Assembly (NCBI GenBank): GCA_963727775.1
Contig: CAVSHB010000002.1
Span: 192,001-256,000, forward strand
Length of the DNA stretch: 64,000 nt
From: an uncultured Nitrospiraceae bacterium
Lineage (GTDB): Bacteria > Nitrospirota > Thermodesulfovibrionia > Thermodesulfovibrionales > SM23-35
Direction of reading: 5' to 3'
In this document: piece by piece, positions 8,900 through 20,890 of the stretch
How the letters are laid out: every line of letters starts with the position of its first letter
How positions within the stretch are numbered: the first letter of the stretch is position 1
Made by a program: the position numbers and the translations under genes
The notes under the pieces: generated by a model
Database searches by the model: none
Told to the model about the DNA's origin: nothing
Seen by the model: the letters and a program-made list of their open reading frames with translations, nothing else

Positions 8900-11548
8900 A
8901 TGGATAAATTTACGATAAAGAGCCAGGAGGCTATACAGGAGGCGCAGAAGATTGCCGAGAGAAAAGGCAATCAGCAGATTGACGCCGAGCATCTGCTCTG
9001 GGCGCTCCTCGATGACGAAGAAGGTGTTGCCGCACAGATACTGAAAAGAATAGGGGTTAATACAAAATCTCTTCGACAGGATGTTGAAGAGGCCGTGGAT
9101 AAATTTCCGAAAGTTATCGGCGCAACGCCAGTGGGACAGATTTATATATCGCCAAGGCTGAAACAGGTATTTGAAAACGCGCAGCAAAGCGCAGAGCATC
9201 TAAAAGATGAATATGTAAGCGTGGAGCATTTACTTTTTGCGCTGGTATCAATAGGAGGGCCGTGCTCCGACATCCTGAAGAAATATGGCGTGACCGCCGA
9301 TAAGATGCTTTCGGCCATGAGAGAAATAAGGGGGGCGCAGCGCGTGACGGACCCGAATCCTGAAGAGAAATATCAGGCACTGAAGAGATACAGCCGCGAC
9401 CTTACGGAGCTTGCAAAAAAGGGAAAGCTTGACCCTGTCATCGGCAGGGATGACGAGATACGGCGGATAATACAGGTATTGTCGAGGCGGACTAAGAACA
9501 ACCCCGTGCTTATCGGTGAGCCCGGCGTCGGAAAGACCGCTATCGCGGAAGGGCTTGCGGAGAGGATAGTTGCCGGAGATGTGCCCGAGACGTTGAAAGA
9601 CAAGAAAGTCGTTGCCCTTGATATGGGTGCGATAGTTGCGGGTTCAAAGTTCAGGGGAGAGTTTGAGGAAAGATTAAAGGCGGTCCTGAAGGACATCGAG
9701 CAGGCAGAGGGTAAGGTTATCCTGTTCATAGACGAGCTTCATACTTTGGTCGGCGCCGGGGCTGCGGAAGGCGCTATCGATGCGTCGAACATGCTTAAAC
9801 CCGCACTCGCGAGGGGCGACTTGAGATGCGTTGGAGCAACTACAATCGATGAATACCGAAAACACATTGAAAAAGACCCGGCATTCGAGAGGAGGTTCCA
9901 GCCTATACTTATTAAGGAGCCGAATGTTGAAGATACGATCTCGATCCTGCGCGGTCTCAAGGAAAGATATGAGGTCCATCACGGCGTCAGGATAAAAGAC
10001 TCCGCATTGATTTCCGCCGCGGTATTGTCAAATAGGTATATCACAGACAGGTTCCTTCCGGATAAGGCGATTGACCTTATCGATGAGGCTGCTTCCAAGC
10101 TCAGGATGGAGATAGACAGCATGCCCACTGAGCTTGACGAAATTGAGAGAAAGCTCCGCCAGTACGAGATAGAAAAACAGGCGGTAATGAGAGACGGGAA
10201 GGAATCCAAAGAAAGGCTGGATAAGATTCTAAAAGAAATGGCTGAACTGCAGGGAAAGCGGGATGAATTACGGGCGCAATGGATGAGCGAGAAGGAAATA
10301 ATCTCAAAGATACGGGATTATAAGGAGCGGATCGAAAAGACAAAGATAGAGTCTGAGAGGGCGGAGCGCGAAGGCGACCTGACCAAGGCTTCGGAACTGA
10401 GATATGGAAAGTTACTCGAACTCCAGAGGTACCTTGAAGTAGAGAACAAGCAACTTTCCGAAACCCAGAAAAGAAGGAAGATGTTGAAAGAAGAGGTGGA
10501 TGAAGAGGATATCGCAGAGGTTGTCTCCAAGTGGACGGGCATACCCGTGAGCAGGATGCTCGAGGGAGAGGTGCAGAAGCTGCTCCAGATGGATGACCGC
10601 TTGAAACAAAGGGTGGTCGGCCAGGACGAGGCAATCGAGGCTGTATCAAACGCAGTAAGAAGGGCGCGCGCCGGCATCCAGGACCCTAACAGGCCTATAG
10701 GATCTTTTATCTTCCTGGGGCCTACCGGTGTCGGGAAGACCGAGCTTGCAAGGGCCTTGGCGGAATTCCTGTTTGACGACGAAAACGCTATGATACGGAT
10801 CGACATGACCGAGTATCAAGAGAGACACACAGTGTCGAGGCTTATCGGCGCCCCTCCCGGATATGTAGGTTATGAAGAAGGCGGCCAGCTAACAGAGGCT
10901 GTCAGAAGAAAGCCGTATTCTGTAGTCTTATTCGATGAGGTTGAAAAGGCGCATCCCGAGGTATTCAACCTCCTGTTGCAGTTGCTGGATGACGGAAGAC
11001 TTACTGACAGCCATGGTAGGACCGTCGATTTCAGGAACACTGTTATCATCATGACCTCAAATATAGGCGGCGCGCATATACAGGAGATGCTCGAAGAGCG
11101 GGCCAAGAGACCTGAGGCCTATTGGGTCATCAACAACACAGAATTGAAAGAGAAGATATTCGGAGACCTGAAAGAATTTTTCAGGCCTGAGTTCCTGAAC
11201 AGGGTTGACGAAATTATCGTCTTCAACCCTTTGACAAAAGAGCTTCTCAAACAGATCGTAGAGATACAGGTGAACAGGATGAAGAAATTTATCAAAGAGA
11301 AAAACATCGACATAAAACTTACGGACAGCGCCAAAGAGTATTTTTCAGAAATCGGTTTTGATACCGCTTATGGGGCAAGGCCATTGAAAAGGGCATTGCA
11401 GCGGGAGATTCTGAACCCTTTGGCATTGAAAATTCTTGGTAAGACATTCAGGGATGGTGACACGGTTCTGGTCGAGTTTGAGAATGAAAAAATTACCTTC
11501 ATGAAGGAGATGACTGCCGAGATAGAGGCATATCAAATAGATAAATAG
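8900..11548 (+). CDS. clpB: ATP-dependent chaperone ClpB
   Basis: Two AAA+ modules ([16 protein letters not shown]), coiled-coil middle domain with ASELRYG, 882 aa. Confidence 0.97.
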   Translation: MDKFTIKSQEAIQEAQKIAERKGNQQIDAEHLLWALLDDEEGVAAQILKRIGVNTKSLRQDVEEAVDKFPKVIGATPVGQIYISPRLKQVFENAQQSAEHLKDEYVSVEHLLFALVSIGGPCSDILKKYGVTADKMLSAMREIRGAQRVTDPNPEEKYQALKRYSRDLTELAKKGKLDPVIGRDDEIRRIIQVLSRRTKNNPVLIGEPGVGKTAIAEGLAERIVAGDVPETLKDKKVVALDMGAIVAGSKFRGEFEERLKAVLKDIEQAEGKVILFIDELHTLVGAGAAEGAIDASNMLKPALARGDLRCVGATTIDEYRKHIEKDPAFERRFQPILIKEPNVEDTISILRGLKERYEVHHGVRIKDSALISAAVLSNRYITDRFLPDKAIDLIDEAASKLRMEIDSMPTELDEIERKLRQYEIEKQAVMRDGKESKERLDKILKEMAELQGKRDELRAQWMSEKEIISKIRDYKERIEKTKIESERAEREGDLTKASELRYGKLLELQRYLEVENKQLSETQKRRKMLKEEVDEEDIAEVVSKWTGIPVSRMLEGEVQKLLQMDDRLKQRVVGQDEAIEAVSNAVRRARAGIQDPNRPIGSFIFLGPTGVGKTELARALAEFLFDDENAMIRIDMTEYQERHTVSRLIGAPPGYVGYEEGGQLTEAVRRKPYSVVLFDEVEKAHPEVFNLLLQLLDDGRLTDSHGRTVDFRNTVIIMTSNIGGAHIQEMLEERAKRPEAYWVINNTELKEKIFGDLKEFFRPEFLNRVDEIIVFNPLTKELLKQIVEIQVNRMKKFIKEKNIDIKLTDSAKEYFSEIGFDTAYGARPLKRALQREILNPLALKILGKTFRDGDTVLVEFENEKITFMKEMTAEIEAYQIDK

Positions 11549-11550
11549 AC

Positions 11551-11570
11551 GGCAGGCATATATGCCTGCC
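11551..11570. terminator. Palindrome between convergent clpB and nrnA
   Basis: Perfect palindrome GGCAGGCATATATGCCTGCC; no U-tract. Confidence 0.4.
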
Positions 11571-11580
11571 ATGCAATGCA

Positions 11581-12534
11581 TTAGGTGATGTCTGCCTGCC
11601 GGATTGCATTTAATAGGAGATTCTTTGCCGATTCAATGCCGCCCTTTATTTTGCAACCTGCAGCATTTTTATGGCCGCCGCCTCCGAAGTGGGCTGCAAT
11701 CGTTGCAACATTTGTATTCCCCTTTGAACGAAGGCTTACCTTCCATTCATACCCGTCTATTTCTCTAAAGAAAGCCGAGATCTTGATATCATTCATCATT
11801 CTCGGGAGGCCGGAAAAATTTTCAGTGTCTTCAGGCCCCGCCCCCGTCTTTTTAAACATTTCTTTGTCGACATATGTAAAAGCAATACTGTCTATTATTT
11901 CAAGGGTATTTAAGGCCATTATAAGCAGGCTAAACCTTTTCTCGGACCATGTCTCGTAAAGGTTATTGGCTATATAGCCCGGTCTCGCGCCTGCTTCAGC
12001 AAGTTCAGATGCAACACTTAAGACCTCGGCTGTTGTGTTCCCGAACCTGAATGTGCCCGTATCAATGGCAATAGCAGTATAAAGGTTGACCGCGATCTCT
12101 TTTGTCAACTCCAGCCCCAGTTCCTTTATGATGTAAAAGACCATTAATCCGGTTGCAGCTGCCTTTGGTTTTATCCATTTTATGTCACCGAATTCGGCCT
12201 CTGTCTCATGGTGGTCTATTACAGCCGAAGATTTGAAATTCAGTCCTTCTATGCCGGCCCTTTCAGGGGTATTGCAATCAAGCAGAACAAGGTTCATATT
12301 TGAAGTCTGAACGCCCTGGACTGACTGGATGACCCTCTCTTGCCCGGGCAGATACTTGTAAATCCCGGGAACTCCGTCGCGGTCATAAACAATTGTTTTT
12401 TCCCCGAGCTTTTCCAGTGCAGTTGAAAGGGCGAGTGAAGAGCCGATCGCATCGCCTTCGGGGTTAATGTGAGTTGCTATAAAAAAGTCGTTTTTATCTG
12501 TCAGATACGAGAGGAGTTCAGTCGGAACCTTCAT
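11581..12534 (-). CDS. nrnA: DHH/DHHA1 nanoRNase / pAp phosphatase
   Basis: THINPEGDAIGS, IDHH, DTGTF, SLRS, GGGGHKNAAG; lies downstream of rbfA. Confidence 0.9.
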   Translation of the reverse strand: MKVPTELLSYLTDKNDFFIATHINPEGDAIGSSLALSTALEKLGEKTIVYDRDGVPGIYKYLPGQERVIQSVQGVQTSNMNLVLLDCNTPERAGIEGLNFKSSAVIDHHETEAEFGDIKWIKPKAAATGLMVFYIIKELGLELTKEIAVNLYTAIAIDTGTFRFGNTTAEVLSVASELAEAGARPGYIANNLYETWSEKRFSLLIMALNTLEIIDSIAFTYVDKEMFKKTGAGPEDTENFSGLPRMMNDIKISAFFREIDGYEWKVSLRSKGNTNVATIAAHFGGGGHKNAAGCKIKGGIESAKNLLLNAIRQADIT

Positions 12535-12877
12535 CTTTACCCTTGATGTCGTTAAGGAGCTTTTCTATCTTGCTCCCGTATTCTATGGAAGTATCAAGCC
12601 GGAAATCTATACTCGGTATGTATCTCAGCTTGACCCTCCTCGAAAGCTCGGAACGGACAAAGCTTTTTGCGGATTTCAGGATATCGAGCGTCGTCTCCCG
12701 CTCTTCTTCTTTAAGAACGCTAATATAGACCAAGGCGATTTTGAGGTCTTCAGTAACGTCAACCCCCGTGACTGTTATGAAGCCGATTCTCGGGTCCTTC
12801 AGTTTGTGCATGATTATATCAGCTATCTCTTCTCGCAGGAGATCGCTGACTCTCTGGGATCTTTTATAAGGAAGCAT
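12518..12877 (-). CDS. rbfA: Ribosome-binding factor A
   Basis: KDPRIGFITVTGVDVTEDLK...LRYIPSIDF; downstream of infB. Confidence 0.96.
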   Translation of the reverse strand: MLPYKRSQRVSDLLREEIADIIMHKLKDPRIGFITVTGVDVTEDLKIALVYISVLKEEERETTLDILKSAKSFVRSELSRRVKLRYIPSIDFRLDTSIEYGSKIEKLLNDIKGKDEGSD

Positions 12878-13016
12878 CTATACTCCTGAAATTCTAAATC
12901 CTGATATCGAAATATTAAATAAGCTCAAAGTAAAATTGAGCAATAAATTGAATTTTGAGCTTTGACATTTAAGCTTGGAATTTCGTATTTCGAATTTAGA
13001 GATTAGAACGTTATTT

Positions 13017-15299
13017 TTATAATTTCGCAGCTATCTTTTCGATAATATAATTTTCAATGATATCCCCGACTTTCAGGTCATTGAAATTTTCTACCATAAT
13101 ACCGCATTCATATCCGGTCTGTACCTCTTTGACATCTTCTTTGAATCTCTTAAGGGAGCTTATCTTGCCTTCATACACCACTATATTGTCTCTTATTATT
13201 CTTACCCCGTCGCTTGACCGGCTTATGGAGCCATCGACTACATAACAGCCCGCGATCGTCCCGATCCTTGAAACAGGAAATAGCTGGCGGACCTCGGCTC
13301 TTCCAAGGATTTTTTCCCTGAGGGTCGGTTCAAGAAGTCCCTCCAACGCTTTCTTGACTTCTTCAATGGCTTCGTATATCACGTTATACAGCCTTATATC
13401 GACGCCTTCTTTATCCGCGACCTGTGAAGCTTTCAACTCAGGTCTTACATTGAACCCTATTATTATCGCGCTTGAAGCGGTAGCAAGCATGACATCCGAT
13501 TCGTTTATCCCGCCCACTGACGAGTGTATGACTTTCACCTTTACCTCTGGGTGTGTAATGTTTTCGAGGGCGTCTTTCATCGCTTCGACAGAGCCTTGAA
13601 CATCACCTTTGATAATAATGTTCAGTTCCCTTATCTCTCCCTCTTTAATTTTTGCATAAAGTTCATCGAGTGTAAGCTTTCTTGTCCTTGCTATCTCGGC
13701 GAGCTTATGTTTCTGCTGACGCGCCAGAGCTATCTGTCTTGCCCTCTTTTCATCTTCAACGGCTGTGAAGATATCTCCCGATGAAGGAACATCAGAAAAT
13801 CCGATGACCTCAACAGGTGTTGAGGGCCCGGCCACTGTCATCCTCTTACCGCTGTCATTGATGAGCGCTCTGACTTTTCCCGCGTGGGGACCTGCAATAA
13901 ATGCGTCCCCGATCTTCAGGGTGCCCGATTGTACGAGCACCGTTGCTACAGGACCTCTCCCTTTATCCAATTTTGCCTCGATTATAGTGCCGCGGGCGGG
14001 TTTATCAGGGTTTGCCTTGAGTTCCATTACCTCGGCCTGGAGCAGGATCATCTCAAGCAGGCGTTCTATCCCCAAACGTTTTTTGGCGGAGACTTCTACA
14101 AAGATGTTCTGTCCGCCCCATTCCTCGGATATTACGCCGCGTTCTGAAAGTTCATTCTTCACCTTAGAAGGATTGGCCTCGGGCTTATCTATCTTATTTA
14201 TCGCTACTACAATAGGAACATTTGCAGCTTTTGCATGGTTAATGGCCTCAACGGTCTGCGGCATAACGCCGTCGTCCGCGGCAACGACAAGGACAACGAT
14301 ATCAGTTACCTTGGCCCCTCTTGCCCTCATAGAGGTAAATGCCTCATGGCCCGGCGTGTCGAGGAATACAATTTCTTTTCCCTTTAGATTGACCCTGTAT
14401 GCGCCGATGTGCTGTGTAATGCCGCCTGCTTCAGTCTCGGTGACCCTCGTCTCCCTGATTGCGTCCAGGAGTGATGTCTTCCCGTGGTCTACGTGTCCCA
14501 TAATGGTTATAACAGGAGGTCGCGGCAACAAAGCAGTCTTGTCTTCAGGCGCTTCTATATCAACCGTGTCTTCTTCAATAGGAGAGAGTTCGAGCTTTAC
14601 GCCAAAGCCCTCTGCAATTAATAGTGCGGCGTCGGTGTCGACAGGCTGGTTTATTGTCGGCATATAGCCAAGTTCCATAAACTTCTTTATAACATCGGAG
14701 AGCTTGACGCTTATCAGTTCGGCAAATTCTTTTACAGTGCTGCCTTCCTGGAGTTTCAGCATTTTTTTTCTTGGCACTACAAGCTGTGTCTGGGGTTTGC
14801 GTTCCTCTGAATGGAATGACCTGCCCCTCCCGTGCCTCTGACCTGGCCGCTGCTCCCATCTCTTCGGCTCTATCTTTCTGATAGTCTGGAAAGCCCTCTG
14901 CATTCCCGGTTTAGCTTTGAATTTTTCTATTTTTTCTACCTCGATCTCTTTTTTGAACCTGTCGGGTATCTTCAGCTCTTCTTCCTCTAATGCCGTTTTT
15001 ACGACCGTTTCAGGTTTTTTGTCTTCCACTGGAGGCTTAGTTTCAAGGTGTTCTTCGGGGGATGTCTCAACAGAAGTTTTGATGGGTTCTCCTTTCAATT
15101 GTGTTTTTTCAGGAGAAGGTACTTTCGCTGGTCCGACAACTTTCTTGCGCATCATGTTTTCTATTTTTTGGGCGAGTTCGGGTTCGATACTTGAGGAATG
15201 GGTCTTGCCTTCCACACCGAGCTTTAAAAGCTCTCCCAGGATAACCTTGTTTGCTACTCCCAATTTTTTAGCCAGTTCATAAATTCTTATTTTATTCAT
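13017..15299 (-). CDS. infB: Translation initiation factor IF-2
   Basis: [32 protein letters not shown] and the IF2 C-terminal domains. Confidence 0.98.
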   Translation of the reverse strand: MNKIRIYELAKKLGVANKVILGELLKLGVEGKTHSSSIEPELAQKIENMMRKKVVGPAKVPSPEKTQLKGEPIKTSVETSPEEHLETKPPVEDKKPETVVKTALEEEELKIPDRFKKEIEVEKIEKFKAKPGMQRAFQTIRKIEPKRWEQRPGQRHGRGRSFHSEERKPQTQLVVPRKKMLKLQEGSTVKEFAELISVKLSDVIKKFMELGYMPTINQPVDTDAALLIAEGFGVKLELSPIEEDTVDIEAPEDKTALLPRPPVITIMGHVDHGKTSLLDAIRETRVTETEAGGITQHIGAYRVNLKGKEIVFLDTPGHEAFTSMRARGAKVTDIVVLVVAADDGVMPQTVEAINHAKAANVPIVVAINKIDKPEANPSKVKNELSERGVISEEWGGQNIFVEVSAKKRLGIERLLEMILLQAEVMELKANPDKPARGTIIEAKLDKGRGPVATVLVQSGTLKIGDAFIAGPHAGKVRALINDSGKRMTVAGPSTPVEVIGFSDVPSSGDIFTAVEDEKRARQIALARQQKHKLAEIARTRKLTLDELYAKIKEGEIRELNIIIKGDVQGSVEAMKDALENITHPEVKVKVIHSSVGGINESDVMLATASSAIIIGFNVRPELKASQVADKEGVDIRLYNVIYEAIEEVKKALEGLLEPTLREKILGRAEVRQLFPVSRIGTIAGCYVVDGSISRSSDGVRIIRDNIVVYEGKISSLKRFKEDVKEVQTGYECGIMVENFNDLKVGDIIENYIIEKIAAKL

Positions 15300-15426
15300 G
15301 TATTCTCAGCCTTTATCCTAAAACCATGTTTGTCATTGAGATTCTTCGGTAGTTACTCTTGTCACAAAAGCAACTAAATGTTATCATATTAAACCTGTTT
15401 AATGCAACGAGTAAAGGAGGATAAAT

Positions 15427-15615
15427 ATGGCAAGTTGTGCTGTATGCGGGAAACAGAGATCGATGGGCAATAATGTCAGCCACGCCAACAATAGATCAAA
15501 GAAGGTGATAATGCCTAACCTGCAAAGGATGCGCATAGTGATCGGCAAGAGTATAAAGAAGGTCTATGTTTGCACAAGATGTCTCCGGTCGAAATCAGTT
15601 AAGAAAGCTGTTTAA
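15427..15615 (+). CDS. rpmB: 50S ribosomal protein L28
   Basis: CAVCGK...GNNVSHAN...PNLQ...[16 protein letters not shown]. Confidence 0.96.
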   Translation: MASCAVCGKQRSMGNNVSHANNRSKKVIMPNLQRMRIVIGKSIKKVYVCTRCLRSKSVKKAV

Positions 15616-16079
15616 TGAAAAGGGTAGCTTCACTACTGTCACCGTTTATTAAGGAATTAGGTATCGTGGATGGTGTGAAGCTCTCTGAAATTAAAAGGGA
15701 TTGGTACGTCCTGTTTCAAAAACCCCTTTCATTTCATATGTATCCTTCCGTGCTTTCCAAAGGAGAGCTTCTCCTCAACGTTGATTCACCTGTCTGGCTC
15801 CAGGAGCTGAATTTTTTCAGGGGAGAGATACTGAAGAAGCTGAGTTCTTATAATGTTAAAGCGCTGCGGTTCAGACTCGGCAGGGTTTCAGCAGACATAA
15901 AGCCGGAAGACAGCAGCGGGACGACGACCCGGGAAAAGCCGAAAGGGAAAATACTTACCGCAGAGGAACAGTCTTATATTCAGCAAACGGTTTTAAGAAT
16001 AAACGATGACGCGCTGAGGGTGGCCGTAAAAACCGTGATCGAGAAAGCTGTTACCTGCGGGAGAACAAAACTGAATTAA
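15615..16079 (+). CDS. DUF721 / DciA-like protein
   Basis: W...L...P...GELLLNVDSPVWLQELNF...ILKKL pattern. Confidence 0.75.
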   Translation: MKRVASLLSPFIKELGIVDGVKLSEIKRDWYVLFQKPLSFHMYPSVLSKGELLLNVDSPVWLQELNFFRGEILKKLSSYNVKALRFRLGRVSADIKPEDSSGTTTREKPKGKILTAEEQSYIQQTVLRINDDALRVAVKTVIEKAVTCGRTKLN

Positions 16080-16148
16080 GAGTCGAAAATTAATACTGAT
16101 AATTTGATGCATATATTTTCAGACTCTTAATCCTTAACTTTTGTTCTA

Positions 16149-17390
16149 TTAAGCCGATTCCGCCTTCTTTTCGAAAACAAGGATAGGTTTCTCCCTGTTT
16201 ACAATAGTATCTTCCGTGATCATACACTCCTTGATCCCGCTTTGCGAAGGTATCTCATACATTACGTCAAGCATGATTTCTTCAAGTATTGACCTTAACC
16301 CACGTGCGCCGCTTTTCCGCTTAATGGCCTTTTTTGCTATTGCCGACAGCGCGCTCTCGGTAAATTTCAGCCTGACATTATCAAACGAGAGGAGCTTCTG
16401 ATATTGTTTCATTAATGCGTTTTTGGGCTCTGTCAGTATCTTTATCAGGGCCGGTTCATCAAGTTCGTCAAGGGCCGCCACAACGGGCATCCTTCCGACA
16501 AACTCAGGTATGAGTCCATATTTAATAAGATCCGCGGGCTCGACAAGACTGAGAATCTCTCCGATCTTTCTTTCTTTTCTTTGAACGGTATCGGAGATAA
16601 ATCCTACTGTCTTTTTCCCGATTCTCTGCTCTATCACAGTGTCCAATCCTATAAAGGCCCCGCCGCATATAAACAGGATATTCGTAGTGTCTACCTGGAT
16701 ATATTCCTGCTGCGGGTGTTTTCTGCCGCCCTGGGGAGGGATATTCGCCGTTGTCCCCTCGATCAATTTGAGCAATGCCTGTTGCACACCTTCACCTGAT
16801 ACGTCCCTCGTGATAGATGGGTTTTCTGTTTTCCTGCTGATCTTGTCAATTTCATCGATATAGACAATTCCCCTTTGGGCTTTTTCGGTGTCGTAATCAG
16901 CCGCCTGCAATAATTTCAGTATTATATTTTCGACATCTTCTCCAACATATCCGGCCTCAGTAAGAGTTGTAGCGTCAGCTATGGCAAATGGGACATCGAG
17001 TATCTTAGCCAATGTCTGGGCAAACAATGTCTTGCCTGTGCCTGTGGGTCCCGCAAGGAGGATGTTGCTTTTCTGCAATTCCACGTCTGATGTAACAGGA
17101 CTGTATATCCTCTTGTAGTGGTTATGCACGGCTACCGCCAATATCTTCTTTGCCCTCTCCTGTCCTATAACATACTCACTCAGGAACTGATATATCTCCT
17201 TCGGTGTAGGGAGCCTGGGGAAAGAGGGGACCTTCACCTCTTCATGCAGCGTGTCCGCAATGATCTCATTGCATAACTCTACACACTCATTACATATATA
17301 AACGGTGGGGCCCGCGATCAGCTTCTTGACCTCTGCATGGCCTTTCCCGCAGAACGAGCATTTCAGCGCATTCTCGTCTTTTTTAGCCAT
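16149..17390 (-). CDS. clpX: ATP-dependent Clp protease ATP-binding subunit ClpX
   Basis: C4 zinc finger CSFCGK...[29 protein letters not shown]. Confidence 0.98.
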   Translation of the reverse strand: MAKKDENALKCSFCGKGHAEVKKLIAGPTVYICNECVELCNEIIADTLHEEVKVPSFPRLPTPKEIYQFLSEYVIGQERAKKILAVAVHNHYKRIYSPVTSDVELQKSNILLAGPTGTGKTLFAQTLAKILDVPFAIADATTLTEAGYVGEDVENIILKLLQAADYDTEKAQRGIVYIDEIDKISRKTENPSITRDVSGEGVQQALLKLIEGTTANIPPQGGRKHPQQEYIQVDTTNILFICGGAFIGLDTVIEQRIGKKTVGFISDTVQRKERKIGEILSLVEPADLIKYGLIPEFVGRMPVVAALDELDEPALIKILTEPKNALMKQYQKLLSFDNVRLKFTESALSAIAKKAIKRKSGARGLRSILEEIMLDVMYEIPSQSGIKECMITEDTIVNREKPILVFEKKAESA

Positions 17391-17985
17391 TGGGCCTCCC
17401 GTCCTTAATGCTGCTGATCACTTCATCTACTACCCCGTATTCTTTTGCCTCCTGTCCCGACATAAAGAAATCCCTGTCTGTATCCGCCTGTATCTTTTTG
17501 AGTGTCTGCCCGGTGTGCGTTGAGATTATCTTATTCAATGTATCCTTCATCTTCAGTATCTCGCGCGCATGGATTTCGATATCAGTAGCCTGACCTTGAA
17601 ACCCCCCCATAGGCTGGTGCAGCATAATCCGTGAATTCGGCAAAGCAAATCTCTTGCCTTTTGTCCCTGCCGCAAGCAGCAGCGCCCCCATGCTGGCCGC
17701 CTGACCTATGCAATATGTTGCAATATCAGGCTTCACATATTGCATTGTATCGTATATCGCGAGACCGGATGATACAATGCCGCCCGGAGAGTTAATGTAC
17801 AGGTGTATGTCTTTGCCCGGGTCTTCTGTTTGGAGAAACAGCAACTGGGCAATGACTATGTTTGCAATATTGTCGTCTATCGCAGTCCCTGCAAAAATAA
17901 TCCGGTCTTTGAGCAGTCTTGAATAAATATCATAGGCCCTTTCAGTACGGCCTGTCTGCTCTATTACAATGGGAATAATACTCAT
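17383..17985 (-). CDS. clpP: ATP-dependent Clp protease proteolytic subunit
   Basis: [29 protein letters not shown]. Confidence 0.98.
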   Translation of the reverse strand: MSIIPIVIEQTGRTERAYDIYSRLLKDRIIFAGTAIDDNIANIVIAQLLFLQTEDPGKDIHLYINSPGGIVSSGLAIYDTMQYVKPDIATYCIGQAASMGALLLAAGTKGKRFALPNSRIMLHQPMGGFQGQATDIEIHAREILKMKDTLNKIISTHTGQTLKKIQADTDRDFFMSGQEAKEYGVVDEVISSIKDGRPNG

Positions 17986-19311
17986 CTATTCTCCTTTTTC
18001 AATTCTGGCCTTGGACAACAGCAGATCCATGACCTTCTCTTCAAATATTGAATGCTTGAATTCGTCCAGAGACCCCTGTTTATACATATAGAAACTTTTA
18101 ACGGCCTCGGGCGTTGCCGAGAGTCTTTTTGCGAGTAAGGCCATCCCTTCATCTACTTCCTTGTCTGTTACTATAACGCCTTCTTTCCGGCCGATTGTAT
18201 CGATGATGATAGATGCCTGAACATTCTTCACCGCTTTATGTTTCAGTTTGACCTGTGGGTCTTCGGTTTCTTCCTTGCCTTCGGTTTTCTCTCCTGCCGT
18301 CGTTTCTATTATATCCGATACGGATTCAACTAATGCCGTGTCATCCTGCGCATCAGAAACGCTCTGCTGCATCGAGAGCGCCTGGAGTTCTCTGTCCAAT
18401 AACGTTTCAGGCACATCAAAATTGTAAGATTCAAGCATCTTGTTGATGATCTCAGCCTTCTGTATCTTTTGAATCTGTTGTTTTTTAGCCGTGTATATTT
18501 TTTCTTTCAACTTCTCTCTCAGGTCGGACATATTCTCAAACCCGAGGTCCTTTGCGAACTCATCATCGATCCCCGGCAGTTTTTTCTTCTTTACCTCGCT
18601 TATGCTTACTTTTATATCGGCTGTTTTCCCTGCAAGTTCTTTCGGTTTGCTCTCATCGAATGCAACGTTGAACTCTACGATATCGCCCTTTTGCTTGCCC
18701 AATACTTTTTCCATTATGTCATGAGGAAATATCTCTTTGTCCATCTTTGATATCAATTCTTTGACGGAAGGTCCAGCTTCTTCGCCGTTTATTTCGCTTC
18801 CCACATGTTCAAACGATACAAGGTCATCCATTTCGACGTTCTTCTCAGCAACCTCGTATACAGCCTTCTGGTTCTGGAATCTTTTAATCAAGTCTTCTAC
18901 GTCGGAATCCTCAACGGTAAAAGGGATATCCTTTGCGCTGATGTTTTGATAATCAAGGTTTTCTATCTTCGGCACTACCTCGACTAAAAATGTCAGGTTG
19001 AGGGGACTGTTTCTCCTAAACTCCAATTTTTCTTCCAGGACCGGCATCGCTATCGGTTCGAGCGCAGCTTCTTTCAAAGCTGTGCCGAAGTATTCAGGGA
19101 CCAGCTTTTCGAGTACTTCTGCCTCCACATCTTTCCCAAAACGCTTTTCAATGAGATTAGTCGGGGCCTTGCCGGGTCTGAACCCAGGTATTCGCACCTG
19201 TTGTTTAAGTCTTTCGAGGGAACCGCTTATCTCCCTTTCGATCACATCTGCCGGTATTTCTATGCTGACACGTTTTTTTGTTGTGTTGATCTCTTCCACT
19301 GACTTAAGCAA
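17986..19311 (-). CDS. tig: Trigger factor
   Basis: IPGFRPGKAP ribosome-binding motif and tig-clpP-clpX synteny. TTG start at 19311 chosen because it follows a GGAGG (track ORF starts at 19326). Confidence 0.93.
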   Translation of the reverse strand: MLKSVEEINTTKKRVSIEIPADVIEREISGSLERLKQQVRIPGFRPGKAPTNLIEKRFGKDVEAEVLEKLVPEYFGTALKEAALEPIAMPVLEEKLEFRRNSPLNLTFLVEVVPKIENLDYQNISAKDIPFTVEDSDVEDLIKRFQNQKAVYEVAEKNVEMDDLVSFEHVGSEINGEEAGPSVKELISKMDKEIFPHDIMEKVLGKQKGDIVEFNVAFDESKPKELAGKTADIKVSISEVKKKKLPGIDDEFAKDLGFENMSDLREKLKEKIYTAKKQQIQKIQKAEIINKMLESYNFDVPETLLDRELQALSMQQSVSDAQDDTALVESVSDIIETTAGEKTEGKEETEDPQVKLKHKAVKNVQASIIIDTIGRKEGVIVTDKEVDEGMALLAKRLSATPEAVKSFYMYKQGSLDEFKHSIFEEKVMDLLLSKARIEKGE

Positions 19312-19554
19312 AATTACCCCTCCCATTCTTTATTTTACTGTAAAATACGCGTCGGAGCTTTGTCAATTTTGGGCAAGGCCTTGGATACATGTGCAACAGT
19401 TGACCGGAATTTGAAGTTAATGTGTGATAGCGGCTTGGCCTACGAAATAAAGATCGGCAAGCAAAAAACAAGATATGAACAGAAATTCGGGCAGGAGCAT
19501 CACGTTGAGCTTCCTTAATTCCATCGTTTTAAAGTCACAGCATTACCTAAATGT

Positions 19555-20412
19555 TTAAGGGAGCTGCTCCTGTGTTGCCGTGACAACGAGGACCGCACAT
19601 TGTGCAAGTCCGATGACCTTCTCGGTTGAACTCCCCATAAGGACCTTTTTCAGCCCTGTTTTCCCATATGCTCCCATGACGATCAAATCGACACCTCTTC
19701 CCCCGGCTATTTCAATTATAACGTTAAAAGATCTGCCGGTCGGGGTGAGAGCCTCAGCCGAAACACCTTCCTTTTGCGCCAACTCGACTACCTTGTTGAC
19801 ATTTGCAGTTGCTTCGTCCAATTCTCTCTCATCACGCATTGCCGATACAGCAAGCAGATGGCTTCCGCAACGCTTCGCAATCTCAATCGCCTCCGCAACC
19901 GCTGCAATGCTGTGCACCGATCCATCGGTGGCAACGAGTATTTTATTGTATTCCACCCTGGCCGCCTTCGGGACGACGAGTACCTTGCAGGGAGCAAGGC
20001 CGATGACTTTTGCGGCAACTTCTCCCATAAGAAGCTTTGTCAACCCTTTACGCCCGTGCTTTCCGACAACGATAATATCGACTTTTCTCTCGGCAGCTTC
20101 ATCAATAATGTATTGGTACACGTTATCCCCATGGTAGAAGATAATCTCGCAGTCAAGCCCTTCCTTTGCAGCTCTTTCTTTTATAGACCTAAGATACTTG
20201 ATGACTTCTTGCTCTTCCTGCTCATAGGCCTTGGCCCCGATCGTCTCATATTCAGGATTTATCTCAAGCACCGATAATGCATAAAGCCTGCTTGAGCATT
20301 TCCCGGCGAAGCTTATCGCCTCACTAACTGCCCCTTCGCTGAATTCGGACCTATCTACCGCCAGAAGTATTTTCTCAAGTTTTGCTACCGGACAGAACCC
20401 TGTGTTTTCCAT
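19555..20412 (-). CDS. Tandem universal stress protein
   Basis: Two USP domains: KILLAVD...IVVGKHG and KILVATD...IVMGAYG...GSSTEKV. Confidence 0.92.
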   Translation of the reverse strand: MENTGFCPVAKLEKILLAVDRSEFSEGAVSEAISFAGKCSSRLYALSVLEINPEYETIGAKAYEQEEQEVIKYLRSIKERAAKEGLDCEIIFYHGDNVYQYIIDEAAERKVDIIVVGKHGRKGLTKLLMGEVAAKVIGLAPCKVLVVPKAARVEYNKILVATDGSVHSIAAVAEAIEIAKRCGSHLLAVSAMRDERELDEATANVNKVVELAQKEGVSAEALTPTGRSFNVIIEIAGGRGVDLIVMGAYGKTGLKKVLMGSSTEKVIGLAQCAVLVVTATQEQLP

Positions 20413-20890
20413 ATTGCCCTCCCTTTTTTGACGTGACGCAATGCATCACTGGTAAACTTTTGTATACTGAAAGGCCGCGATCCCCCCATCGATAAAATAA
20501 ACACAATTCTCATTAGTGGCCGTATCGTCATGATGGTGCATCCTCTTTCATCTTTGCGCCCCTTATAAACAGAGGGACCGCGTACACGATGGCCGCAGCC
20601 CGTTGCACAGAAACATCTAAGATAATCATATCGCGCTATCAGGAAGCCTGCAAGTATCGAGATAGTCGCACAATTATGAAAGAAACATCTTCCATATAAA
20701 CCTCGCTAATGCTGACGCGATAATCAGAAAGATTTTCAAAGGGCTTCTCTGGTACTCCTGACTGTCTTTCATATTCTTATAAGAATATCACGACAAACAA
20801 CTTTTCCCGCATCGCCCAACTCAAGATTTACGTTTTTTCTATTTTGTCGGTGCGGGTATCGCAAGGGACTGTTTTAGGGTATAATCTTCC

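Noticed and set aside
20430..20760. Possible remnant of a TauE/SafE-type membrane gene upstream of the USP (fragment SILAGF)
   Set aside because: Similarity is too short and broken to support.
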